Made by a program: the position numbers and the translations under genes. Below are positions 1-11,511 of a stretch of 64,000 nucleotides of DNA, one piece after another. The number at the start of each line of letters is the position of its first letter. Position 1 is the first letter of the stretch. Under the pieces are notes generated by a model. It made no database searches, was not told the DNA's origin, and saw only the letters and a list, made by a program, of their open reading frames with translations. Origin of the DNA: Phoronis australis (Eukaryota > Animalia > Phoronida); assembly GCA_002633005.1 (NCBI GenBank), contig NMRA01000159.1, forward strand, positions 361,109 to 425,108, written 5' to 3'.

Positions 1-230
1 TTGTTTTATTTTTAGCTGTTTCATAAGACTAATATGCCAGAAAACAGTAATCACCGGTTTTGTCGGCCATTTTTTCCGCCATCTTGAAAAACCGACTTCC
101 GCCACTCCGATTTCGGTAGATTTTTTTTCTGACACCAAGGGAGGTTTGAAGATGCCATTTATGCAAAAAAAACCTTCAGTTGCAATTTTTTCTAGGTTGG
201 GCCCTCTGGAGCCCTAGAATGACTGGACTA
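1..230. mobile_element. Right end of the AcademX DNA transposon copy in the upstream FReD paralog
   Basis: Ends TAGAATGACTGGACTA|AAA at 230, the same terminus and flank as at 31023. Confidence 0.85.
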
Positions 231-1367
231 AAAAGTCGAAATATTTTATTGAGCAGTTTTGCAGCAGCTAGTCGTTTTGGGGTTTAGTTTTCTAGGTCTA
301 TTTTCGTTTTTTGCTTCTGGAATAGAATTAGAATTAGAAACACTTCGCGTTTGTTGATCATAGCACCGAAAAATGATGCACGAAACTGCCTGAGGTAAGG
401 ACTATATCGCGAAAAGCACACCAAGATTTATGCTTACAGTAAAGGAGACGTGACGCCACAGTTTTCTGTAAATATAGTAGTTCTCATTATAGATAAACTG
501 TAGTTTGATTTGAATTAGATTTTGCCTGTTTTTGGTGAGGTTATGTAGGTAATTGACCTATTCATGATGACCCAGATTGAAACGAAACAATGAAGCCTAA
601 GCATAAGCGTCTCGCCACCGTGCATTGGAAGTGTCATACATGTAGGTAAATCTGTACACTTTGCTGACAGTTTATTGTTTTTAGAGTGTTATTTTTAGGA
701 GAGGCGCTTGACAGATGTAAATCGATGTTTTAGGTATCTCAAATAAACGAACTCTATTAAATTTCCCGTAGTAAACGCAAATTTGCGCGGCCATTGAATA
801 CGGATTGATTCTTTTTCCCGTATTCAATGTCTATTTCACCGTCGACGAATTCCGAGGCATTTTCACACATACAGAGTGAATACCGAAGTTGGCAGACAAA
901 GCTGTTCACGCACTCCGTACATGTACATGTATTGGGTTCCACACTGTTGAAAATGACTCACTTACCCAAAACATGACCCTTCCCCATTCACTAAACTCGA
1001 CTTTTCATTCCCAAGTCGCGTTTTTATTGTTGCAAGTCGAGTTTTTTGAGTGCAAGGAATCCAATCAGAACTGAATTAACCAAACCGTGACATGGATTGG
1101 TGAGAAGCTATGTTCACGAGTAGCTGAACCCTGATGTCTGTGCAGCCTGAGAGCAGGACTGGCAGCGCTCGGAATGGAAATGACATCATAATTTTTATTC
1201 AAAAAGGTTCAAATGCAAAGATTAAAATATTTATTTTCATATTTTATTGAAGATCATATAGTGCGTAGCTTTCAAATCCTTCCGGTGTTATTCAAAATAT
1301 TCAAATCTATGACATACATGTAGACTGCTAGACTTGGGTGACACCACCTGATGATCTCATTTTACAG

Positions 1368-2313
1368 GTAAAGAAAATATACACCGTCTCGCCCGTCAGA
1401 CTGGTTACGAGTTACGTGTGCACCTGGAAGACTTTGACGGCAACAAGGCGAAAGCCTCATACAAAAATTTCTTTGTTGCCTCGGAGACTCTTAACTATGT
1501 TTCGACCTTCAAACAATACATTGGAGACGCAGGTAAACAAGGCAGTATCGCATAATAATAGTTCGTATTACATGATTTTACATGGATTCTCATCAATCAT
1601 TTCTAAGAATTCATCTGAGTTGTATGGCATGGCATAAATGGTTGGTAAGAATTCATTTTCGAAATTTCATCGAAAGTCGTGGCTTCTCTGCACTAGCTGG
1701 AGCATTAGAAGAGAAATTACGCCAAATGTTTTGTTTGAGTATACTTCTCTAAGTTTGATCTTGTGAAAGTGATTTAACTCAACCGGATTCCAACCTACGT
1801 GTATAATTGCACGAAGCCTATCGACCAGGAACTACTAAGCGCTCTTCCGTTCACGGGGGAAATCGTGACATGCTCTCAGGCCTACTTTTCAACCGTTCTT
1901 ATTCTCGGCCTCCGCATTTTTGTGACAGCAAATTTGCGAAATTTTAAAAACTGTTTTTCAGAACATTTGCCGATATCACAAATCATTCGTAACCTAGGAA
2001 TGGAGATATTTAGAGCTCCTTGAGCAAAATTATTCATTGGTGTGTTTCAGGTAATTCAATGAGGTTCCACAATGCTGAAAGTTTCAGTACTAAGGACAGA
2101 GACAACGACCAATGGACTGGCGGCAGCTGTTCTAACCTCCACAAAGGCGGCTGGTGGTACTGGTACTATGTTTGTGCCAAATCCAACCTCAACGGAGAGT
2201 ACGGTAAAAACAAAGGCTACGGAGGTATCTTCTGGGACGAGTTCAAAGGTTACACATCACTGAAGAGAGCGAGTATGATGATCAGACCTGTCGATTTCAT
2301 ATCTACTCAATGA
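1368..2313 (+). CDS. Fibrinogen-related domain (FReD) protein, paralog A, last two exons (1368-1532, 2051-2313); 5' part lies upstream of the window
   Basis: AG/GT-bounded phase-1 exons. GKENIHRLARQTGYELRVHLEDFDG...YIGDA joins GNSMRFHN...FSTKDRDND...C...GGWWY...C..SNLNG...W..FKG...SLKRASMMIRP, the classic fibrinogen C-terminal motifs. No stops. Confidence 0.93.
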
Positions 2314-2759
2314 CTTTGTACATGTACGTTCTGTGCAGATCGGTAACAGCCCTTCGTTAACATAAATATGTTAAAAACAACATTACACATTTTTGGGTAA
2401 ATTAACACTAATACTAGATTCGTCTTTGTATTCACTGTACAGTTATGAAGGAGATTGCCAGTATACAGAACAAACAGATAAATTAAAATGGCAGCTATTT
2501 TACCAGAACATATCTGTCATCAGGCACATAGCAACATGGTAGAAAAAAGTCAAAAGTGAAAAGTTAGAAACAGCTATGTGAAGTTTTTCAACAGAAAATT
2601 CATTCGTGCTCCTAATCACGTTTCATGTGTTGCACGTTTAGTGAATTCGGGGGATTTCAACCCCGGCATAACTTACAGAGTTACTCTGGCGGCGGACCTG
2701 CACGCCGTTTTAGTTTGTGAGAACTACTTCAGCGTGATCGGATGGTGCGTGTCTCGAGT

Positions 2760-3622
2760 CTTGAAAGCAGGCAGATGTTTTTCTGAGGAGAAGCCCGAAG
2801 CTTTGGACGGGTTCGACTATAGACATCAGTATTGAAATGTCTGCGGGTTCGACTATTTTGGCGCCCCCTAGTGGCGTGTTTCGTCTGTGGCTGTACTTTC
2901 TTAACCATTTGTAGGATCCGAAATTTGGCGGGCGTGTTTCAATGGAGCTAACAGCATATTACATGTATAACGAGTTTCAGGTCCATTCGATCACCACAGT
3001 GTTCACTAGTTAGATTTTCATTTTACGCTTGCCTCTGTATTTTCGGACTTCACCAAAGACGGGATTTTCGTAAAATTTTGCCAAATAGGTTTCTTTTAAG
3101 GATATGACGGCAATCTTCCATTCTCGAACGGATTTGATGTATTTTTGCACCACCTAGTGGCTATTTTTGTTTTTTCGAACCAGTTGTTTCTGTTACGAAA
3201 ACGTTGATCTTTGAACCGATGTGACAACCGTGACGCATCTTTTTGTCTTTGTGCGTGTTCGTATTTCCATATTCCAGTGAAGGTTCTTTGAAATTTTGGA
3301 CTTTTGATAAACTACAAATGTGACTACCGCTACCTACGACTTTTGGACAGTTCTGACTGCTGCTGCATCCCTAGTTACAATTTTAATTTCAAAGTTTGTT
3401 TCTGTATCTTCAGAGTTCCTACAGAACTAAAAAGCAGATTTATTGAATTTTGGCAAATATGTTTCTGTTGTGATGGCGATAACATCTTTTTATTTTGGGA
3501 TGGATGTGGCGTATTTTGCGTCACCTAGTGTCCATTTTGGATACTAATGAACAACGCTGCTGGAAGCACGACTGTTTGCGCTGCAATCGTGGGCACATGA
3601 ACACTCAGCGTTGCTCTTGTTT
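2760..3622. mobile_element. Probable non-autonomous element (Helentron/HINE-like) with degenerate internal repeats
   Basis: Three spaced copies of TTTT(G)GCGCCCCCTAGTGG-like motifs (~2857, ~3143, ~3514), ending GCGTTGCTCTTGTT. Begins just after the duplication breakpoint. Family assignment is inference. Confidence 0.35.
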
Positions 3623-4486
3623 GCGCTATTTAAAAGTCTGTCATATTTTTTCCAATGCTAGCTGAGTACTTTTGTTACGTTGTTCACCAGTAACAATCGC
3701 ACACTAGCTAGAACTTAAAAATATCGCGTTTTTCAGGTCATTTGCGTTTGGCTGGGCTATGCAAGAAAGCCCCGCATCAACATTCCTTGTAAGATCACCT
3801 TCATCTGATTGTGAGATAGGCCTCAAGGCGTTAGCAACGCGCTGAGATGTTCCACCTTATTTTAAGTCTAGTTTCCCGGTTTTCTTTCTCGAATGTGTGC
3901 AACCACTGGAGAATTGATCAATCAACCGCACATGCGATGCTGTTTTTAAATATGACTTGAATTAATGCATTGTTAAATGTAGTTTTAATCTACAATAATT
4001 CTGTGAATTACAACATTTGTAATCCTCGGGGTACGTACACTTAACAAATTACAAATGCATACTAATTTATCTTCAGTTATCGGATGTCAGCCGTGCACAA
4101 ATTGTATGTGACACCTAGTTAGTTTTTGCCTTCCCTATTTGAGACATACCAGGAAATAATCAAAGAAATAATTAATCCAGTTTTCAACCAATCGATATGT
4201 TCCATATGTGACTTTATAGAAGGCAAAACAATAGTTCAATCATTTATGATGTGAACAATGTAATTTGTAATGGTTTGCATAAGACCTGAGTTTGTTCATT
4301 TGAGGGAATAATTGTAATTGTGACGGAAAATAAACAAGTTCCAGTAACCGTGAAATCCAGTGAAACAGGACACCTCTCAATTAGCTCCTATAGCCATACG
4401 GTGGTGAAACGGTGGTCGTAGAATGCATCGCCAGCGTGTTGATTCGCTTCTGAAATGTTAATACAGCGCTGAAAATCATGTTATGT

Positions 4487-4557
4487 CATGGGCGGTGCAG
4501 CAATGAAAAAAGTGGGGGATATAGCCCCCCCCAGCCCCCTATGGTGCGCCGCCCATG
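4487..4557. mobile_element. Short MITE (PIF/Harbinger-like)
   Basis: Inverted ends CATGGGCGGTGCA...TGCGCCGCCCATG around a G/C-run core. Confidence 0.55.
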
Positions 4558-5430
4558 TATGTAATTGTTCAGTAGAAAGCGTTTCACTCAGTCATCGAGT
4601 TCATAAGTGAAGCTGCTGCTGCCACGATCAATGCATTTGAAACTCTTTCAGAGCAATTCCACATAAAAACCAGATGGTGGGCTACATATGCAAAATCGCC
4701 GATCTTTTGAAACACACCAGCTGGCCTTGACAACAAAAATCCGAGTCTGATTTTCATGTGTTTTTGAGTTTTAATAACAATTTTTACGTTTTGTTGTTTA
4801 CGCAATCTCGAACTGTTGTGGAACCTCAAACCATCTCACATGATTTCTCACATGCTTAACACAACTAACCAAGGTCACATTTCCTCACACTTTTCGATGA
4901 AAACTGATCAAATGTAAAAGAACGGAAATCATCCTCCATATTTTTGCAATAACAGGACGTGCATGTAATCTCCAACCTTGAATTATTGGATTAGTTAAAC
5001 AAAACATGAGGTGTTTCAGCAAATTGGGGTTTCAAAATTGATTTTTTTGATATAACACTAGGTCATATTAGAGCTTAAATTTTAGGTAAATTCTGTGAAT
5101 TCAAAAAATGGCTTCAATCCTCTTGTCAGTCAGAGTGAGCCCAAATCACAAAAATGTCCAAATTCGAGGGCTATGCTTAGCACCAAAATGGGCAAGGGAC
5201 CAGATTTTTAAAAGCACTTCACAAAGCTCGATCTTAGGAGTGTCTACACGGAGAATTTTAACTTCAAATACTACTCGTTATAGAAGGCAGAATAAGCAAC
5301 ATCTTGCCACTTGTGACTGGCTTGGGAGTTTTCTCCCCTGCTGGAAATTCAACAGTATCTGTGAGTTGCAAATATCTTTTTCTTACTAACCTTACATAAA
5401 TCTTTATGACCACCAATGCCAAACTCTGTC

Positions 5431-5587
5431 ACCTGGCGTGCGTTCAGTAGACGCTAGGACCTACGCTAGGACCTAGCTAAAACCTAGTCAAAGTCACGTG
5501 CTCTCATTTAAAATGCACGGCAATATCTCACGTAATCTCGCGAAGTCTAGCTTTTTAGCGAGGTCCCAGCGTTACTGAACGGGAGGC
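5431..5587 (+). mobile_element. ~155-bp MITE family, copy 1
   Basis: ACCTGGCGTGCGTTCAGTAGACGC...GCGTTACTGAACGGGAGGC with imperfect inverted ends. Close copy at 43617-43762, diverged inverted relative at ~41792-41919, end fragment at ~37156-37200. Confidence 0.75.
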
Positions 5588-6439
5588 AGTTCTTCAAGTC
5601 TGATTTTTGTCATACTGACATGAAAAAGTGTAAAATATGCCTTTATAGCCAAGTGTCATTGAGTGCAAATATTGCAACAGTGTACTTTGGGAAAGAGCAT
5701 CCCAACACATGCACAAAATATTGGCTCATACGGTTTTGATATGGAATCATTCTTCAGCCGTATTGAGGGTAGCATTTGTGTTTCAAAATGTTTTCTTATC
5801 GTGTATTTCCATTAACAATTCAAGTCGCAGAGAATGCGCGCATGCGCCATGTTCAAGTCTCCAATTTTAGGGGTGTCTAACTCCAACAGACTCCGAAGAG
5901 TTTACTTTTTGAGACGTTGAGGGTTTCAACATTTTTTTTGGTTGCGAAAATAGAATCCTGTCACTTAAAAATTATGAAAAAAACAACCTAATTACATGTA
6001 GATTTTCGTTTTTAGCCTGTTAAACAAGGCTAAACGCAGCTTCGAAAAGATTCTTAAAAAATCGGTAACTTGTGTTACCTTGTGTTGCAAACTGACGAAG
6101 CCATGTTACTGTGGCTACCACTGACAAATAAAACCCTATGCTTGGGTGCTGTCATGATGGAAATGCGATGTTGGGTGACTTTCATGAGAACGCATATAGA
6201 AAATGAGGGCCTTGTGTCATTAACCAATTAATCATAGGTCAAAAAACTTTTAATATGGTCATTCAGTTTTTGAGATTTGAGCTGTTGAAATAACAAAAAT
6301 GTGGTCTTTGGAGAATACATCATTGGTATTGTCACATCCATTTTGGAACAAAAACTAAATCTGGCTTAGGAACAAGAAAGTTTATTACTGGTAACTAACT
6401 GTAGGTAATCACTGAACATCAATAAAAAACTAGGTTCAC

Positions 6440-6602
6440 CAGTGGCGGATTTAAGGGGGGGTGCAAAGGGTCTATGGCTGCCCCACTAAAATTCTCCCAC
6501 ATTCTATTTGGCAGTTCAGGGGTACAAATGTTTGACGGACAAAATCCTGGAAATTCTCTTCCCTGCCCCCACCCCCAACTCAAAATCCTGGATCCGCTCC
6601 TG
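6440..6602 (+). mobile_element. MITE, PIF/Harbinger-like
   Basis: Ends CAGTGGCGGATTTA...TGGATCCGCTCCTG. A longer related copy is at ~10066-10369. Confidence 0.7.
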
Positions 6603-7535
6603 TTCATACCTGTGTATGCATCAAAAGGTGGGAGTATACAAATAAAAGATAGCAATTGTATTTAATCCGTAGACATACTAAGGACTTAACTATCCCCAGA
6701 GTCATATCAATGTCAAAAGTAATGCTTAATTTCATTTCTAATATCTCCTCATTGTTTTCAGGTCTCTATTAACTTGGCGGAGTACTTGGAAGAACTAGAT
6801 ATCCAAACATAGACATCGAAACAATCACCGCAGTGGTGCTATTGGTCTTTCTACACTCACATGGCAGATAGAGCTCCATCTGTTTCATTGTTTACTTAAA
6901 AATAGTGCTGCTATCAGGGTTTGAATTTGAAACAATAGGAAAAGTCTCCTTGGTCTAGCCAATCAGCTTACAAGCTTTAACAAGCTCACAGATTCGTGTA
7001 GCCATTTGTTCAAGCCAACGTAAAGCTTCCTGGTTTTGCTATAAGATTCAAAAGGAATACGCTAAAGTATGTATGTGAGATTAAACTTTCATTTCTATTT
7101 CGGGTTGTGCCGGTTGAATGGCCATGTAACATTAGTAAGGGGACATTCCAGGGCTATGTTCAAGACTGCTACTTAGAATACGACTAGCGATGCTCATTAT
7201 GTAGAGTTGTTCATTGCTTTATGGCAGGTAACCACGTAAACTAACAAAAGTTCATCAAAATAATGGGAATTGTTAGTTTATTGCAGTTGCCAACAGTTTC
7301 ATCATCTGATCATTATATTCCTTAGATTCTCATAGAAGTTGAAATGAAAAGTTACAAAATACGTTACCTGGTTAGCCTGAAGTCCAACTTTTATTAACAC
7401 ATTAATTTTTGTTATTTATGGACTTCCGGTTAAAATGGCGGATAGAGAAGACTTGTTTTGAGGAGGTCTGCTGAGACGCCCCGCGAAATTCAAATTTTTC
7501 ATATCATAGTTGTATTTCTGCTTGCATGTTTTTGA

Positions 7536-8270
7536 ATGATGGGTCCCTCTAAACAGAAGAAGACTATCACTGATTATTTTGTGGCTAAGAAGTCAGCTTC
7601 AATGAGTAGCGAAACTCGTACTGCACCCGAGACAGAGCCCGCGTGGATTTCATCTATCAAGGAACAGTTAGCAGGTATGAACTCAACTCTGTCGGAAATC
7701 AAGAATTCTATTGCAATAACTCACTCATTGGCGGAGGAAAGTAGTGAACGCTCTAAAAACAATGAAGCAAACATACGGGCGATGACGAAAGAAAATGAAA
7801 ACTTGAAGAAACAATTATGTAATATAGAGTTTCAATCACGCCGTTCAAACCTTAGATTCTATGGCATACAAGAAAGCGACAAGGAGTCCTGTAAAGAAAA
7901 GCTATGTTCCGTTTTGATAACGGTTTCCAACATAACAGACATCTCATTCGAGCGAGTGCATAGAACAAGAGTGAAAAAGAATGGAAAACCTCGGGCTATC
8001 ATTGCGAAATTCACCTTTTTCGAACAAAAAACGAAAATTTGGTCGGGGAGCAAGAATTTAAAGGGTAGAATTATTTGTGAATGAAGATTTCCCTTGGCTA
8101 TTGGGACAGAGGAGAAAGCCGCTCATCCCGATTTTGAAGGCTGCAAAGGCGTGTCCTTTAGTGAAATCTTATTTTCCTAACCAGAGACACAATTCAAGTT
8201 GATCGTAAGTCGTATTCTGTGGATAATTTTCAGGACATTCCTGCGTATTTGCGAGAGTTGTTAGGTTAAA
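7536..8270 (+). pseudogene. L1 ORF1 (coiled coil + RRM, Transposase_22-like), frameshifted near 8070
   Basis: Coiled coil, then EFQSRRSNLRFYGIQE...ERVHR...KPRAIIAKF; continues in another frame as LFVNEDFP...QRRKPLIPILKAAK. Confidence 0.88.
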
Positions 8271-9349
8271 CAAGTCTAGTGACTGCGTGTGAGTGTAGAT
8301 AGTGTTTCTATAATTTCATTAACTTAAGACTTCAAACTATTGTTTGGTTTATTGCTCATAGGGTATGCTTTTACAGCTTTTTGCCAACGGTACAATGTAT
8401 GTTTTTGGTCTCTTTTCTACGGCACGTTAGCTATTGACTTGACTTTGTAACATATAGAACAGTCTTTTCTTTGCTTGTTTTTAGGCATCAGTCCATTACA
8501 TCTACTGGTTAAGTTTACCGATGTGGGCAGTGTTCTATTAAGTTGAGTCTTTCATTGTGTCTACAACTGATTTGCATATCAACACAGGTCTATGCGTGCG
8601 GGTATCGTCTTAGCTGATGTCAGTGTGTATCATGGAGGTGGTGAAGTACATTTTAGCCACGCGCTTTTTGTTTTTTCACATATTTTTGAGTAGAATTTTT
8701 GTTGAATCATTAATTTGTCTACGTTCTATATACATCGCACTTAGTATTTTAATTTATGGACCCAATTTGCCATGTCTTTCGTCGGAACATGGTTAGTTAT
8801 CTTGTCTTTAAACTCCAGAGGGTTAAGGGATAAAATCAAGACAAAGGATGTCTTTGAATTTTTGAGACGGAAGTGTGGTATCTATTGCTTGCAAGAAACT
8901 CATTTAATTGAATCATAAATTTGTGTTTTTAGGGCCCAGTGGGGATATGATGTCTTTTGAGCCCTGGAACAAAAGAATCGAGATGTGTTTGCATATTGCT
9001 AAATAAAAGCTTTGAATGTGAAGTTGGTAAAATCCGTCATGATGATAAAGGAAACCTTGTTGTCATCGAATTACTAATTGAAAATTGAGTCTAAATTAAA
9101 TTTAACTTGTTAAATGCATTTATCGTCATTATTTTGACACTTGTCTCTTTATTTTGAGACCAGTCCTTAGGGTTTATTTTGCATTACTCATCTCTATTTA
9201 TAGCCTCTAGGGCCTACTTTTGTATTCATACGTTTCTCTACGCGACTCCTGATTGGTCGCCCATATTTCCTTTGTTCTGTTCAACGTGGTCTCTCATTCA
9301 GCCACCTACCTCGTCATCTACAAGACCTACGTTCGTTCTCTTCATTTTT

Positions 9350-10065
9350 NNNNNNNNNNNNNNNNNNNNNNNNNNNNNNNNNNNNNNNNNNNNNNNNNNN
9401 NNNNNNNNNNNNNNNNNNNNNNNNNNNNNNNNNNNNNNNNNNNNNNNNNNNNNNNNNNNNNNNNNNNNNNNNNNNNNNNNNNNNNNNNNNNNNNNNNNNN
9501 NNNNNNNNNNNNNNNNNNNNNNNNNNNNNNNNNNNNNNNNNNNNNNNNNNNNNNNNNNNNNNNNNNNNNNNNNNNNNNNNNNNNNNNNNNNNNNNNNNNN
9601 NNNNNNNNNNNNNNNNNNNNNNNNNNNNNNNNNNNNNNNNNNNNNNNNNNNNNNNNNNNNNNNNNNNNNNNNNNNNNNNNNNNNNNNNNNNNNNNNNNNN
9701 NNNNNNNNNNNNNNNNNNNNNNNNNNNNNNNNNNNNNNNNNNNNNNNNNNNNNNNNNNNNNNNNNNNNNNNNNNNNNNNNNNNNNNNNNNNNNNNNNNNN
9801 NNNNNNNNNNNNNNNNNNNNNNNNNNNNNNNNNNNNNNNNNNNNNNNNNNNNNNNNNNNNNNNNNNNNNNNNNNNNNNNNNNNNNNNNNNNNNNNNNNNN
9901 NNNNNNNNNNNNNNNNNNNNNNNNNNNNNNNNNNNNNNNNNNNNNNNNNNNNNNNNNNNNNNNNNNNNNNNNNNNNNNNNNNNNNNNNNNNNNNNNNNNN
10001 NNNNNNNNNNNNNNNNNNNNNNNNNNNNNNNNNNNNNNNNNNNNNNNNNNNNNNNNNNNNNNNNN
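9350..10065. other. Assembly gap (716 N)
   Basis: Run of n characters. Confidence 1.
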
Positions 10066-10369
10066 CGGGGGGGGGGGTCAAGGGAGCCATGGCCCCTCTA
10101 AAATTCTCCCAGACACCATTTGGCAGTTCGGGGTGCGAATTGCTGACTAGCATATGAGCGCACTCAGGGGGGATCGGAGGGCGAATGCACAAATGGATAG
10201 GCCTTGGACAAACCCCCGTTTACCGTTTTTTTTTAGTAATAAGGTTCACAAACCCATAAAATTCGAGACTGCTGCATCCCTACATTTTAGGCTGGGCGCG
10301 AGCATGTCGTGAAATTCTGGTTATTCCTCGCCCTGGCCCCCGCTAACTCAAAATCCTGGATCCACCCCT
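10066..10369 (+). mobile_element. MITE related to 6440-6602, left end lost in the gap
   Basis: Shares TAAAATTCTCCCA...TTTGGCAGTTC and the end CTCAAAATCCTGGATCCACCCCTG. Confidence 0.65.
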
Positions 10370-11511
10370 GTCTAGGCCATTGAAACTCGATCCCAGCGGG
10401 TATAAATACCTTTCCTTTCTCACTGAGTGACATTAACTTTTCCTTTCAGAAGGAAGGCTTGATACTAATGGTAAAAACGTTTTAACTTGGTACGCATTAT
10501 GTGAAAATGATTGTCTTATTGTCAGTAAAAAACCCGTTAATGTTACACTTTGGTGAACGAATAAATTTTTTATCAACAGGCTAGTTTGTCGCTAATTATT
10601 TAAACCACAGTATTTCTTCAGTTTTAATTCCCCATACAGTGCAGTTGTGCTGTTTCTTCATAAAGATGAAGTGATTACCGATTAAGCTTGCAAACTATCA
10701 TTTTCCTGTTGACCTATAGAAATGTCCGGCGATCAAAATGAAGTATTCCCTTTGATTGCATTTGATTCGTTTCTGTTTGAAACTATTTTTAGAGCTTTCT
10801 TAAGAGAGTCTTTGAACAGTTTTAAGTTTTGTGTTAACTTGTCTATAACAAAAGTTACTTGGAAGCAAAGTATGTTTTCAATCGTAGCTAGCTGGATAAG
10901 AATCTGTCATGCAGAAGATTTGAGAACCACATATTATATAGAACGGAACATCATTATTTATTAAAAACAATTGTAATTTTCCCAATGCAAGGGCTGACTT
11001 TCTGAATTGAGAGGTTCAATTCCCTCAGGTTATTACTGAAGGACTGCTTTTCACTTGGTCGATAGCTAAAATAGACGGTAAAGCGGCTATGATATGCTTA
11101 CACAGCTTTTTGCCAACGGTATGTTTTTGGTCTGTTTTCTACGGTACGTTAGCTATTGACTTGACTTTGTAACAGATAGAATAGTCTTTTCTTTGCTTGT
11201 TTTTAGGCATCGGCCCATTATATCTACTTGTTAAGTTGAACGATGTGGGCAGTGTTCTATTAAGTTGAGTCTTTCATTGTGTCTACAACTGATTTGCATA
11301 TCAACACAGGTCAATGCGTGCGGGTATCGTCTTAGCTGATGTCCAGTGTGTATCATGGAGGTGGTGAAGTACATTTTAGCCATGCGCTTTTTGTTTTTAC
11401 ACATATTTCTGAGTGGAATTTTTGTTGAATCACCAACTTGTCTACGTTCTATATACATCGCACTTAGTATTTTAATTGATGGACCCAATTTGCCATGTCT
11501 TTCGTCGGAGC

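Larger units (their letters stand above)
1..2714 (+). repeat. Segmental (tandem gene) duplication, copy A; matches 30798-33506
   Basis: Near-identical to 30798-33506 (offset ~30.8 kb); intronic blocks differ by ~2-3% on hand count. Contains the Academ right end, FReD exons 4-5 and the 3' flank. Similarity stops after ...TTTTAGT (2714 / 33506). Confidence 0.97.

Noticed and set aside
757-1074. Short ORFs conserved at 31550-31867
   Set aside because: Intronic; conservation reflects only the recent duplication.
9179-10192. Long ORFs of 282-323 aa in the ORF track
   Set aside because: Artefacts of translating through the N gap.
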